Counted from the first letter of the stretch, positions 18,515 to 27,693 are shown. The stretch is 64,000 bases of DNA from Acidimicrobiia bacterium (GCA_035462175.1 DATHUP010000007.1:45-64044), one strand, 5' to 3'. The notes: a model not told the origin generated them from the letters alone. Made by a program: numbers and translations.

Positions 18515-19657
18515 CTAAGTTCGGAGCCCGACCAGTTGGCGGAGTCTCGAGTCGAGCCTGGGACGTTCCGGCGGGTATTCCCGCCCGTCGGGCCTGGTGA
18601 ACATCGGTGTTAGGTCGAGATTGTCTTGGATTCCCCACCCGTGCTCATGAAGGAAACGGTGGTGATATCCGCACAGCAGGATCAGATTGTCCGGATCGGT
18701 CGGGCCACCGTCGGCCCAATGTTGGATGTGGTGACCATGCACCCAGGTTTTCCGGCCACAACCGGGGAAGCGGCAGCCACCGTCACGATGCCAGAGCTGA
18801 CGTCTCAGCCAGCCCGGGATCAGCCTGGTCCTCCTCCCAACGCCGACAGTCCTGGCGTGGTCATAGACGGCACATTCCACGATCGGATCACAGGCCAATC
18901 TGCGGGCAGTCTCATTGGCGATCACCGGACCTGCTTCCAACTCGGCCACGCCCATCGTTTCTGTGGTTTCGGTCAAAGCATCTAGATCGGCGAACACGGT
19001 GATCTGCGCCGGAGCCGCGGTCTGATCACCAGAGGTTGCCGCCAGCTCCACCAGACCGTCGGCCAATCGTGCCGGGTAAGGGTCGAACATCCCCGATTCC
19101 GGATTCTCTGGAATCCGATCGGCCCGGTCCCGGACCGCAGACTCGAACAATCTCCCTTCCGCCCCCGGAAGAGAACCCCCGAACTTCAACTCGGACTCGT
19201 CCAGGTTCCACTGCAATCCCAGATGACGACGCTCCCACACCGAACGCTCATCATCAATGGTCGGCGGGTTCGCCCTCCGCGCCACCCGGTCCAGGGCAGC
19301 CGTCGACAGACCCAAACACTCCTCGATCAGGACCTCTTCGCTCTCCGGGGTCGCCATCCGTGAAATCGCATCGGTCTGATCCAAAGACAACACACCCTCG
19401 GCAAACCGTGCCCGGAGAACGGGCAGATCCGGCAGCCGACGGGCCACCCGAACCAATTGACCAGCGGTGGAATGACGGACCCCAAATCGGGCCGAAACCC
19501 ACTGCACCAGATCAGGAGAACCGTCGGCCAAGAACCGTTGACCCCGATCCACCTCGACCAGCCATTCACAGATGCCGGCATGAAACACCGCCAGCGCAGA
19601 GAACAAATGACCGAGAACCTGATCCACCTGATCGTTGGAAAACCTCTCACTCTCCAT
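18515..19657 (-). mobile_element. DUF222-type HNH endonuclease (13E12-repeat-like family)
   Basis: 380 aa. N-terminal DUF222-like region ...FLADGSPDLVQWVSARFGVRHSTAGQLVRVARRLPDLP... and C-terminal HNH ...CRFPGCGRKTWVHGHHIQHWADGGPTDPDNLILLCGYHHRFLHEHGW. The 5' flank is unusually A+T-rich. No transposase or terminal repeats were seen. Confidence 0.85.
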
Positions 19658-19710
19658 AGCGACAACGTAGAAACGAGGTGTGACAGAAAAGGCCAGAAAA
19701 GGACCGATCC

Positions 19711-19735
19711 AAAAAGAAATCTCAGAAATCTGAGA
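19711..19735 (-). terminator. Intrinsic terminator candidate downstream of the enoyl-CoA hydratase gene
   Basis: Minus-strand RNA reads UCUCAG-AUUU-CUGAGA followed by UUUCUUUUU, starting 4 nt after the stop at 19739. The stem is short (6 bp). Confidence 0.45.
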
Positions 19736-19738
19736 CGG

Positions 19739-20518
19739 TCACTTCCCCTTCCAGTCCGGGGTTCTCTTCTCGAGGAAGGCAAGCACTCCCTCGATGGCGT
19801 CTTCGGTGCCCAGGGCCACCGACTGCGCCTCCGCCTCCCAGGAGAGGGCGTCGGCGAGGCTGACCTGGAACGAGGCGTTCAGCGCCTGCTTGGCGAACAT
19901 CTGCGCCACGGGGGCACCATCGAGGAACGTCCCGGCGATCTCGGTGACACGCTCTTCGAGTGTCTCAACCGCCACGACCTCGGCGACCAGGCCGATCCTC
20001 GCCGACTCGTCCGCCTCCACCATCCGCCCGGAGAGGGCGAGCTCTTTGGCACGTTGCAGCCCCACGATCCGGGGCAGGAGCCAGGAGCCCCCGAAGTCGA
20101 CGGTGAGCCCTCGCCGCACGAAGATCTCGGAGAACCGGGCTCGCTCGGTGGCCACCACCACATCGCAACCCAGGGCGAGGTTCATTCCCGCCCCAACGGC
20201 TACCCCATCGACTGCGGCGATGCTGGGTTTGGTGAGCCGATGCAACGCCATTGCAGCCGCCCCGACCGCTTTCATCCGGGCATGGCGGGCTTCGACTGAT
20301 TGAAGCCGATCGAGACGGGAAGGATCGAGATCGGCGCCGGCGCAGAACTCACCCCCGGCGCCGATGATCACCAATACTCGTTGATCGGAAGCCTGGAATG
20401 CCGCGAAGGCAGCTTCCAACTCGGGCCAACCGTCGAACGGGATTGCGTTCTTGCGCTCGGGGCGGTTGATGGTCAGCCATCTGACCGGCCCCCGGTCCTC
20501 GGTGAGAAGCCAGGTCAC
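19739..20518 (-). CDS. Enoyl-CoA hydratase/isomerase (crotonase) family protein
   Basis: Track ORF 19739..20587. The start is set to GTG 20518 (VTWLLTEDRGPVRWLTINRPERKNAI...). Oxyanion-hole region ...VIIGAGGEFCAGADL... and ...GVAVGAGMNLALGCD.... Confidence 0.88.
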   Translation of the reverse strand: MTWLLTEDRGPVRWLTINRPERKNAIPFDGWPELEAAFAAFQASDQRVLVIIGAGGEFCAGADLDPSRLDRLQSVEARHARMKAVGAAAMALHRLTKPSIAAVDGVAVGAGMNLALGCDVVVATERARFSEIFVRRGLTVDFGGSWLLPRIVGLQRAKELALSGRMVEADESARIGLVAEVVAVETLEERVTEIAGTFLDGAPVAQMFAKQALNASFQVSLADALSWEAEAQSVALGTEDAIEGVLAFLEKRTPDWKGK

Positions 20519-20560
20519 GACAAGACGGTAGACATCCCGGATCGGGATTACCGTGCGTGC

Positions 20561-20674
20561 ATGGGTTTCAACCCGTTTCGGGACCACGAGAGGAGCACCG
20601 CCGACCTGGTGGCCATGGTCGTGGCTCTCATCGCCACCTTCGCGGTGTTGGCATGGGCGATCTTCTCGGGGTGA
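20561..20674 (+). CDS. Small single-pass membrane protein (37 aa), hypothetical
   Basis: This is the tail of track ORF 20300..20674 from ATG 20561. Sequence MGFNPFRDHERSTADLVAMVVALIATFAVLAWAIFSG with one hydrophobic helix. Its stop overlaps the next start (GTGA). Confidence 0.45.
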   Translation: MGFNPFRDHERSTADLVAMVVALIATFAVLAWAIFSG

Positions 20675-20871
20675 CCGTCACCCCGGTGCAGGGCTATGCG
20701 GCACGCAAGGAGTACGTCTGTCCGGGCTGCGAGATGACGATCAGCCCCGGCACCTTCCATCTGGTGGTGGTGCCGGACATCGAGCCGGATCTGCGGCGTC
20801 ACTGGCACCACGGGTGCTGGCACAAAGAGATGAGACGGCGCTTCGGCGCCGGTCAGGCGTCACGTCGGTGA
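20671..20871 (+). CDS. Small CxxC...HxxC zinc-ribbon-like protein (66 aa), hypothetical
   Basis: In frame with track ORF 20557..20871 from GTG 20671. Sequence VTVTPVQGYAARKEYVCPGCEMTISPGTFHLVVVPDIEPDLRRHWHHGCWHKEMRRR.... Translationally coupled to the preceding mini-ORF. Confidence 0.55.
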   Translation: MTVTPVQGYAARKEYVCPGCEMTISPGTFHLVVVPDIEPDLRRHWHHGCWHKEMRRRFGAGQASRR

Positions 20872-21617
20872 AGCCCCCACCAGGTCAGAAATAGCCCGAG
20901 AGCGGTCCAGCCCAACACGATCGCCACCGCATGGATAAGGGATAAGTCGCCGCCGGGCACAAAGGCCCCGAACCCGCCCCCGATGTCGATCTGGAACAAG
21001 GCACTGGTGGCGGCGGACAGGGAGACCGTCTCCCAGGGGCCCCACAAACCGAGTATCGGATCGACGAAGTAGAGGGCCAGGGCGGCTCCAATGGCCGGTC
21101 CCACCGACCTCAGCATGGCCACGGCACCGAGTCCGATCCCGGTCCAGGCCAGCTCGATCAGCCCAACCTTCCACACCAGGCCCAGCCAGTCCCCGGCGGC
21201 AACACCGCCGTCCCCGGGCACTGCGACGGCGGTGACCACCGACCAGCCGACGATGCCCAGCCCGATGGCCAGCCAGGAAGCAACAGCGAGGACTCCGAAC
21301 CGGGCCGCAATCTGACGGACACGACGGGGGTCCCTGGTCAGCGCGGTGGCCCATACCGTGCTTCCGAACTCGCTTCCCAACATGACCACGGCCAGGATCA
21401 ACGGGAACCATGTCTGGCCGGCGACCTGTTGGGCACCGAAGATGTACGCACCTGGCTTCTCCAGTAGCGGCACATCCTCGGCCAGATCGGGGGCGATCTG
21501 GGCAAAGATGAGCAGGAAGAAGGCAAGCAGTCCCACCAGCGCAGCGAGGATGACCACCATCACCAGGTAGAGGCGGCGTCGGCTCAGCTTCAGGTACTCG
21601 GCGTGGACCAAGCTCAC
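20853..21617 (-). CDS. ABC-2 type transporter permease
   Basis: 254 aa with about six hydrophobic helices. The start overlaps the stop of the upstream ATPase gene by 4 nt. Confidence 0.8.
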   Translation of the reverse strand: MSLVHAEYLKLSRRRLYLVMVVILAALVGLLAFFLLIFAQIAPDLAEDVPLLEKPGAYIFGAQQVAGQTWFPLILAVVMLGSEFGSTVWATALTRDPRRVRQIAARFGVLAVASWLAIGLGIVGWSVVTAVAVPGDGGVAAGDWLGLVWKVGLIELAWTGIGLGAVAMLRSVGPAIGAALALYFVDPILGLWGPWETVSLSAATSALFQIDIGGGFGAFVPGGDLSLIHAVAIVLGWTALGLFLTWWGLHRRDA

Positions 21618-22513
21618 GACGAGCCCTCCCTGGTCATCCCCAGGAACACCGACTCCAAGGTGGATCGCGCCGGGCTCACCTCGCTCGGGTAGATATCGGC
21701 CGCGGCCAGGACCCGGACCACCCTGCTGCCGTCGTCTTCGGCGACGAGGAGCCTGTCCCCGTCCTCCCGGACCTCGATCCCGGCTGCGGTGAGAGCCACG
21801 CGGGCAGCATGGGGGTCGGCTGTCACCACCCAGGTGGCGCCTGCGGAGAGCATCTCCTCGAGTGGGCCCTCGGTGATGACCTTGCCGTGGTTGAGCACAA
21901 CGACGTAGTCGGCGAGCGCCTCGATATCGGCCAGGTCGTGACTGGAGACGACCACCGTCTGCCCGCGGTCGGCTATGTCACGGAGCCGGGCACGGAACGC
22001 CATCTGCCCGGCCGGGTCGAGACCGTCCAGGGGCTCGTCGAGCAGCAACAGGTCGGGGTTGCCGATCAATGCCGCCGCCAGGGCGAGACGTTGGCGCATC
22101 CCCTTGGAGTAGTCGTCGATCTTCCGATCCGCGTCGGCTTCGAGCTCGACGAATCCGAGCAATTCCTCGATGCGCTCGTGGCCGAACCCCAGCTGGTCGG
22201 CAGCCACCTTGAGATTGACCCGCCCGGTCAGAGCCCGGATCAGACCCGGCTCCTCGATGATCGCGCCGACCTTCTTGGTGACCTCGACCAGGCCCTGGGG
22301 GATCTCCCGGCCCATGATCTCGATCCGGCCGGCGTCGGTGCGGGTCAACCCGAGCAGGGACCGGAACATGGTGGTCTTGCCCGCCCCGTTGGGCCCAAGC
22401 AGCCCGGTGATGGCGCCCGACGGCACAACGCAGTCGAGACCGTCGAGAGCGATGACGCTCTTGTACCGCTTGACCAAACCCTGGACACGGATCGCAGGTT
22501 CGGTCAGGTTCAT
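21614..22513 (-). CDS. ABC transporter ATP-binding protein
   Basis: 299 aa. Walker [10 protein letters not shown], signature-like YSKGMRQRLALA, Walker B LLLLDEPLDGLD. Confidence 0.92.
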   Translation of the reverse strand: MNLTEPAIRVQGLVKRYKSVIALDGLDCVVPSGAITGLLGPNGAGKTTMFRSLLGLTRTDAGRIEIMGREIPQGLVEVTKKVGAIIEEPGLIRALTGRVNLKVAADQLGFGHERIEELLGFVELEADADRKIDDYSKGMRQRLALAAALIGNPDLLLLDEPLDGLDPAGQMAFRARLRDIADRGQTVVVSSHDLADIEALADYVVVLNHGKVITEGPLEEMLSAGATWVVTADPHAARVALTAAGIEVREDGDRLLVAEDDGSRVVRVLAAADIYPSEVSPARSTLESVFLGMTREGSS

Positions 22514-22547
22514 GCAGGGCGCGATTCAGATGGCATGGGGGCGAGAG

Positions 22548-22853
22548 TCAACCACACCCGGGGACCCAGTGGACGACGACATCGTCACGGCCGAGCCGAA
22601 CGCCGAGGAAGTCGACCCGACCGGCGCCCGTTCGCGAGGCCAATCTGCGCACTCGTCTCCGCTTAGCCGGGTCGACTGCATCGACGGGGTCGCCGCCTCC
22701 CGTGATCGTCCTCACCTCGACCGCGACCCGGGTTCCCGAGTCCAGAGCGAGGAGATCGAGCTCGCCCCCGTCCACGTCGACGTTCTCCGCCACAATGGTG
22801 AGACCGTGATCCTCGAGGAAGCGCGCCGCTATCCGCTCGCCGACTCTCCCCAC
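22548..22853 (-). CDS. yraN: YraN-family (UPF0102) endonuclease-like protein
   Basis: Track ORF 22548..22976. ...GERIAARFLEDHGLTIVAENVDVDGGELDLLALDSGTRVAVEVRT.... The start is set to GTG 22853, after the DUF2469 stop. Start uncertain. Confidence 0.75.
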   Translation of the reverse strand: MGRVGERIAARFLEDHGLTIVAENVDVDGGELDLLALDSGTRVAVEVRTITGGGDPVDAVDPAKRRRVRRLASRTGAGRVDFLGVRLGRDDVVVHWVPGCG

Positions 22854-22867
22854 GACTGCTCGATCGG

Positions 22868-23164
22868 TCAGATCGAGATCTCTTGCTGCTCCAGCTCTTC
22901 GACGTTCACGTCCCGGAAGGTGAGCACCTTGACGTGCTCGAGAAAGCGGGCCGGTCGGAACATGTCCCAAACCCATGCATCCTTCATCTCGACCTCGAAG
23001 AAGACCGACCCGTTTGCCTCGCGCACCTCGAGGTTGACCTGGTTGGCCAGGTAGAACCTTCGCTCAGTCTCCACCACGTACCGGAACATCGGGAGGACGT
23101 CGTGGTACTCCTTGTAGATCTTGAGCTCAACCTCGGATTCGTAACGCTCCAGGTCCTCTTCCAT
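22868..23164 (-). CDS. DUF2469-family conserved actinobacterial protein
   Basis: 98 aa. MEEDLERYESEVELKIYKEYHDVLPMFRYVVETERRFYLANQVNLEV.... It sits between lepB and yraN as in other actinobacteria (from memory). Confidence 0.8.
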   Translation of the reverse strand: MEEDLERYESEVELKIYKEYHDVLPMFRYVVETERRFYLANQVNLEVREANGSVFFEVEMKDAWVWDMFRPARFLEHVKVLTFRDVNVEELEQQEISI

Positions 23165-23244
23165 CTTCTCCTCTTACGCGAGCCGAGAAGCGATGATATG
23201 CACGACTCGTTGCCTAAGAGCTAACAAAAGGCGGTGACGTTTTC

Positions 23245-23862
23245 TCAGAAACCGCCAAAGTGCGAGATGGGCCAGATGGTGACGAATGCCTCCCCGACCA
23301 GGTCGTCGAGAGCGATCGGGCCGAACCGTCGGCTGTCGAATGAGGCGTCCCGGTTGTCTCCCATGACGAAGACCTCGGCATCCCCCACGGTGATCGGAGG
23401 CTCGTCCGGCATGAACACATCGGGCAGATACGACTCATCGAGCGGGCTCCCATCGACCACCACCTGATTGTTGCGCACCTCGATCGTCTCACCGGGAAGG
23501 CCCACCACCCGTTTGATCAGGTCCTCGTCTCCCCTGGTTCGGATCCCGACCGCCTCCAGCACCGATCGTATGACCGCCTCGGGAATCGACTCCGCTGTCT
23601 CCTCGATGCGCGGGTCGCGAAACACGACGACGTCACCGCGTTGAGGCTCTCCCCATCTGTAGGCGAGCTTGTTGACCATCACCCGGTCGTTGACCTCGAT
23701 GGTGGGAAGCATCGACTCGGAGGGGATCCAGAAGGGCTGGAGGAGAAAGGTCTTGATGACGACGGCGATGACCAGCGCGGTGAGCAGCAACCCGGGCAAT
23801 TCGGCGATGAACGAGCGTCTGCGAGGCTCCTCGGGGGCTACAGGCGCCTGGTCCTCCTCCAC
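23245..23862 (-). CDS. lepB: Signal peptidase I
   Basis: 205 aa. A TM anchor is followed by the catalytic Ser box IPSESMLPT and ...GDVVVFRDP...GDNRDASFDSR.... Confidence 0.93.
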   Translation of the reverse strand: MEEDQAPVAPEEPRRRSFIAELPGLLLTALVIAVVIKTFLLQPFWIPSESMLPTIEVNDRVMVNKLAYRWGEPQRGDVVVFRDPRIEETAESIPEAVIRSVLEAVGIRTRGDEDLIKRVVGLPGETIEVRNNQVVVDGSPLDESYLPDVFMPDEPPITVGDAEVFVMGDNRDASFDSRRFGPIALDDLVGEAFVTIWPISHFGGF

Positions 23863-23882
23863 AGGGCTCGGGATGGGCGAGG

Positions 23883-24227
23883 TCAGTCGCGCAGCTCCTT
23901 GATGCGAGCCGACTTCCCGACCCGGTCGCGCAGGTAGTACAGCTTCGAGCGACGCACGTCGCCGCGACGCACGACCTCGATCCGGGAGATGATCGGAGCG
24001 TGGAGGGGGAAGACCCGCTCCACCCCGACGCCAAAGCTCAACTTGCGGACCGTGAACGAGGCTCGGGCACCGGCGCCGTTGCGGGCGATCACGAGGCCCT
24101 CGAATATCTGGACGCGCTCACGGCCCCCCTCGACCACACGGACATGGACCTTGACCGTGTCTCCGGCCCGAAATTCGGGAATGTCGTCGCGAACGTGCGC
24201 GCTCTCAACTACGTGAAGATCGTTCAT
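23883..24227 (-). CDS. rplS: 50S ribosomal protein L19
   Basis: 114 aa. ...[63 protein letters not shown].... Confidence 0.96.
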   Translation of the reverse strand: MNDLHVVESAHVRDDIPEFRAGDTVKVHVRVVEGGRERVQIFEGLVIARNGAGARASFTVRKLSFGVGVERVFPLHAPIISRIEVVRRGDVRRSKLYYLRDRVGKSARIKELRD

Positions 24228-24287
24228 GGAGGACTCCTAGAGCGGACGGGAGAGGCCTTGATCGGTCCCGACCCGCCCGGAATTGTA

Positions 24288-24971
24288 TCAGGTATCGGGA
24301 GTCTCGCCATCCGGGAGAAGGTCCGGTCGGCGCTCCCTCGTCCGCCGTCGCCGCTGGTCCTTTCTCCATTCATCGATGAGGCCATGGTTCCCGCTGAGCA
24401 GGATCTCGGGCACCTCCCATCCCCTGAAGTCGGCCGGTCTGGTGTACACCGGCTCTTCGAGTAGACCATCACGAAACGACTCGCTCTGGGTCGACCGGGG
24501 ATTACCCACCACGCCGGGGAGGAGACGGGCCATCCCCTCGATGCAGAGGGCTGCCGCCACCTCGCCGCCGGCGAGGACGAAATCCCCGATCGAGACCTCT
24601 TCGTCGATGAAGTGGTCGACCACCCGCTGGTCGACGCCTTCGAAGCGCCCGCAGACAAAGGTGATCTCGGGGAGATCGGCCCACCGGTCCAGGGTGTCCT
24701 GGGTGAGGACGACGCCAACCGGGGTGAACAGCACCCGATGAGTCCCGGCGAGCGGCTCGAGGGCCGCGGCGAGCGGCTCGATCATCATCACCATGCCCGG
24801 GCCCCCGCCGAAGGGTGCATCGTCCAACTGACGATGTGCCCCCAGGCCATGTTCGCGCAGGTCGGCGAGATTCACCTCCAGTGCCTCCGACTCGATGGCG
24901 CGTCCCACGATCGACACCTGGAGGGGCCCGTCGAAGAATTCGGGGAACATGGTGACCACGTTGACGCGCAT
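24288..24971 (-). CDS. trmD: tRNA (guanine37-N1)-methyltransferase
   Basis: Track ORF 24288..25106. The start is at ATG 24971 (MRVNVVTMFPEFFDGPLQVSIVGRA...). ...FVCGRFEGVDQRV...EVSIGDFVLAGGE... SPOUT knot region. Confidence 0.94.
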   Translation of the reverse strand: MRVNVVTMFPEFFDGPLQVSIVGRAIESEALEVNLADLREHGLGAHRQLDDAPFGGGPGMVMMIEPLAAALEPLAGTHRVLFTPVGVVLTQDTLDRWADLPEITFVCGRFEGVDQRVVDHFIDEEVSIGDFVLAGGEVAAALCIEGMARLLPGVVGNPRSTQSESFRDGLLEEPVYTRPADFRGWEVPEILLSGNHGLIDEWRKDQRRRRTRERRPDLLPDGETPDT

Positions 24972-25038
24972 CGGGCCAGGGTAGGAGTGCCACCGTCTGG
25001 GGGGCACATGGGTCAAGTAGACGTGGTATGAAGGGACC

Positions 25039-25548
25039 GTGTCCTCCCAGCTGTTCCCCAGTCTGGACTTCTCCAAGTGGGAGGAGCCGGAGCCGACCAA
25101 GGACATGCGTCAGACCCTGGAGGATTGGCTTCGCTATCAGCGCCATGAGTTCCTCCGCAAGCTGCGTGACCTGGGCCCGGAGGGACTTGTGCAATGGGCG
25201 ATACCTCCGGTCGAGCTCTCCGTGGTGGGGCTGGTCCGTCACATGACCCAGATGGAGCACGTCTACCTGGCCTGGGGCCTCGGCGGAGGTGAGCAGATCA
25301 TGGTCTACGGAGACGACGACTATGCCGGTGGGTCGGTGGAGACCATCGAAGAGGACCTGGGTCGATATCTCGCCGAGATCGAGAGGTCGGATCACGCCAT
25401 CGCTGCTCTCCCCTCTCTCGATTCGGCGGGCGCCGGTCACGGGCTACCGCTGGGTGCCACCCTTGTGAAGATGCTCGACGAGTACGCCCTGCACAGTGGC
25501 CAGGCCCACATGCTTCGTTTCGCCGCCCTGGGGGAGATCGTCCGCTGA
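25039..25548 (+). CDS. DinB/DUF664-like four-helix-bundle protein
   Basis: 169 aa. ...LRYQRHEFLRKLRDL...LVRHMTQMEHVYL...LDEYALHSGQAHMLR..., the His-containing helices typical of the DinB superfamily. Confidence 0.65.
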   Translation: MSSQLFPSLDFSKWEEPEPTKDMRQTLEDWLRYQRHEFLRKLRDLGPEGLVQWAIPPVELSVVGLVRHMTQMEHVYLAWGLGGGEQIMVYGDDDYAGGSVETIEEDLGRYLAEIERSDHAIAALPSLDSAGAGHGLPLGATLVKMLDEYALHSGQAHMLRFAALGEIVR

Positions 25549-25566
25549 TCGGGGACGGTCAGGTCG

Positions 25567-26730
25567 TCAGCTGAGCCGTTCGACGATCATCGCCATCCCC
25601 TGGCCACCTCCCACGCACATGGTCTCCAGGCCGATCGTCTGGTCCAGAGTGCGCAGGTCGTTGATCAGGGTGCCCATAATCCGGGCACCGGTCATCCCGA
25701 ACGGATGACCCAGCGCGATTGCCCCGCCGTGGGGGTTGAGCCGATCCATGTCGATCCCCAACTGATCGGCGCTGGCCAGTACCTGAGCGGCGAAAGCCTC
25801 GTTGATCTCGATGACGTCGATGTCATCGAGCTTCATCCCGGCTCGATCGAGCACGGTCTTCACGGCTCCGACCGGACCCATGCCCATGAGCTCCGGCTCG
25901 AGGCCGACCACCGACGAGGCGACGATCCGGGCCAAAGGCTGCAGCCCGAGATCGGTGGCCCGGTCCTCGGACATGACCAGGACCGCCGCCGAGCCGTCGT
26001 TGAGGGGGCAGGAGTTCCCGGCAGTGACCCGACCGTCGGGCTTGAAGGCGGGTGGCAGCTCGGCCAGCTTCTCCAGCGTGGTGTTAGGGCGGGGACCGTC
26101 GTCGCTGCTGATGGTTCGCCCGTCGGGGAGCACGATCGGGGTGATCTCCCAGTCGAAGAAACCGTTCTTCTGCGACTCCACGGCCAGGTCCTGGGAACGC
26201 TTGGCGAATTCGTCCATCCGCTCCCGCGTCACCCCGTACTTCTCGGCTACGTTCTCGGCGGTCTCGCCCATCGGGATGTACACGTTGTCGATGAAGTCGT
26301 CCCGGCCCGGGTCGGTGAACCTGGGGTTCAGGTCTTCGGCGTCGAGGGCCTTGCCGTAGGTCCGCGTCACTGACTCGGACCCGGCGGCGACATAGGTGTC
26401 GCCCTCCCCCTGTCGGATGGCGTGGAAGGCCATCCGGATGGTCTGGAGCGAGGAGGCGCAGAATCGGTTCACCGTGGTGGCGGGGACGCTCTCGGGCATA
26501 CCGGCGAGCAACGACGCCGGGCGAGCCAGATTGAATCCCTGCTCGTGGTGGGTGAGACCGCATCCCACCATGACGTCTTCCACCGAGGCCCGTTCCACCT
26601 CGGGTACCTTGGACATCACGGCGTCGATGGCGAAAGCGGCAAGATCGTCTGCCCGGACATCGATGAGCGAGCCCTTGTAGGCACGCCCTATCGGGGAGCG
26701 GGTAGTGGCGACGATCACGGCTTCGGGCAT
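25567..26730 (-). CDS. Acetyl-CoA C-acyltransferase (thiolase)
   Basis: 387 aa. Active-site Cys in ...VNRFCASSLQ..., ...NEAFAAQV..., C-terminal ...GLETMCVGGGQGMAM.... Confidence 0.93.
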   Translation of the reverse strand: MPEAVIVATTRSPIGRAYKGSLIDVRADDLAAFAIDAVMSKVPEVERASVEDVMVGCGLTHHEQGFNLARPASLLAGMPESVPATTVNRFCASSLQTIRMAFHAIRQGEGDTYVAAGSESVTRTYGKALDAEDLNPRFTDPGRDDFIDNVYIPMGETAENVAEKYGVTRERMDEFAKRSQDLAVESQKNGFFDWEITPIVLPDGRTISSDDGPRPNTTLEKLAELPPAFKPDGRVTAGNSCPLNDGSAAVLVMSEDRATDLGLQPLARIVASSVVGLEPELMGMGPVGAVKTVLDRAGMKLDDIDVIEINEAFAAQVLASADQLGIDMDRLNPHGGAIALGHPFGMTGARIMGTLINDLRTLDQTIGLETMCVGGGQGMAMIVERLS

Positions 26731-26808
26731 GACTGGCCTTCCTCGGGTCGGGGCGGATGAATCTTGATCACTCGTTCAAATCATACGACTACCCGTAGCC
26801 TTGACGTC

Positions 26809-27693
26809 ATGAGGTCGTTGGGATGGCTCGTCCTGCTCTTGATCACTGCCTGCGCCGTCGATGGCGGCGTCATCGACACCACCACGACTACGACACCGCC
26901 CGCCGCAACCGCCACCTCTCCAACGACGTCGACAATCGCCCCACCCGGGACCTCCGAGGTCGAGGCCGGCTGCCCGGAGGACTCCGGGTTCGTCGACGCG
27001 GGGAGAGTCCTCCGTCTCGACCAGCCCACCTCGGACACGACCACAATCGGCTTGATCTCGTGGCAGGCGGTCGAGGGTTGCGAGCGGTTCACCATCCGCT
27101 TCGAGACAACCGAGGGCGCCCCGGCCACGACACCGCCCACGATCGTGCTCGACTTCATCGAGACGAGACAGGTGCTCAGGATCTGGACGGCCGCCGACTC
27201 GACCGTCGTCACCGATCACCTGGTGGAGACACCGCTCGTCGACCGCATGTTCGTGGTCAGGGCCCTGGCCGGCGGCATGTTCATCGACCTGCATCTGAAA
27301 GACCCAGCTCAGGCTCGAGCAGAGACGACGAACTCCCCGGCCAGCCTGACGCTCGAGATGCAGGGCGGGATCCAGCCATTCGACAGCTCTGCGGTTTACG
27401 CCGGGAACACGGTGCTGACCGATCCACAAGACGGCGGTAAAGCGGCCGCCGGCGTCCCGCTCGAGGTGAAGGGCTACTCCCGTGTCTTCGAGGCAACCAT
27501 GCACATCGTCGCCACGGTCGACGGCGAGATGGTGGCTGAGACCAGCACCACGGCCGCCGAATGGACCGAGACCTGGGGCGAGTTCACCTCATCGATCCAG
27601 CTTCCTCCCGGTGATGTGTCGCTCTTCGTCGGCGAGCAGAGCCCGGACGACGGGGAGCCGACCGGGGTCACCATCGATGTCACGGTTCGATGA
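26809..27693 (+). CDS. Secreted lipoprotein, C-terminal Gmad2-like Ig-fold region (hypothetical)
   Basis: Track ORF 26764..27693. The start is set to ATG 26809 (MRSLGWLVLLLITAC, a lipobox). A Thr/Pro linker follows. The C-terminus ...VKGYSRVFEATMHIVATVDGEMVAE...WGEFTSSIQLPPGDVSLFVGEQSPDDG... resembles Gmad2-type domains. Confidence 0.6.
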   Translation: MRSLGWLVLLLITACAVDGGVIDTTTTTTPPAATATSPTTSTIAPPGTSEVEAGCPEDSGFVDAGRVLRLDQPTSDTTTIGLISWQAVEGCERFTIRFETTEGAPATTPPTIVLDFIETRQVLRIWTAADSTVVTDHLVETPLVDRMFVVRALAGGMFIDLHLKDPAQARAETTNSPASLTLEMQGGIQPFDSSAVYAGNTVLTDPQDGGKAAAGVPLEVKGYSRVFEATMHIVATVDGEMVAETSTTAAEWTETWGEFTSSIQLPPGDVSLFVGEQSPDDGEPTGVTIDVTVR

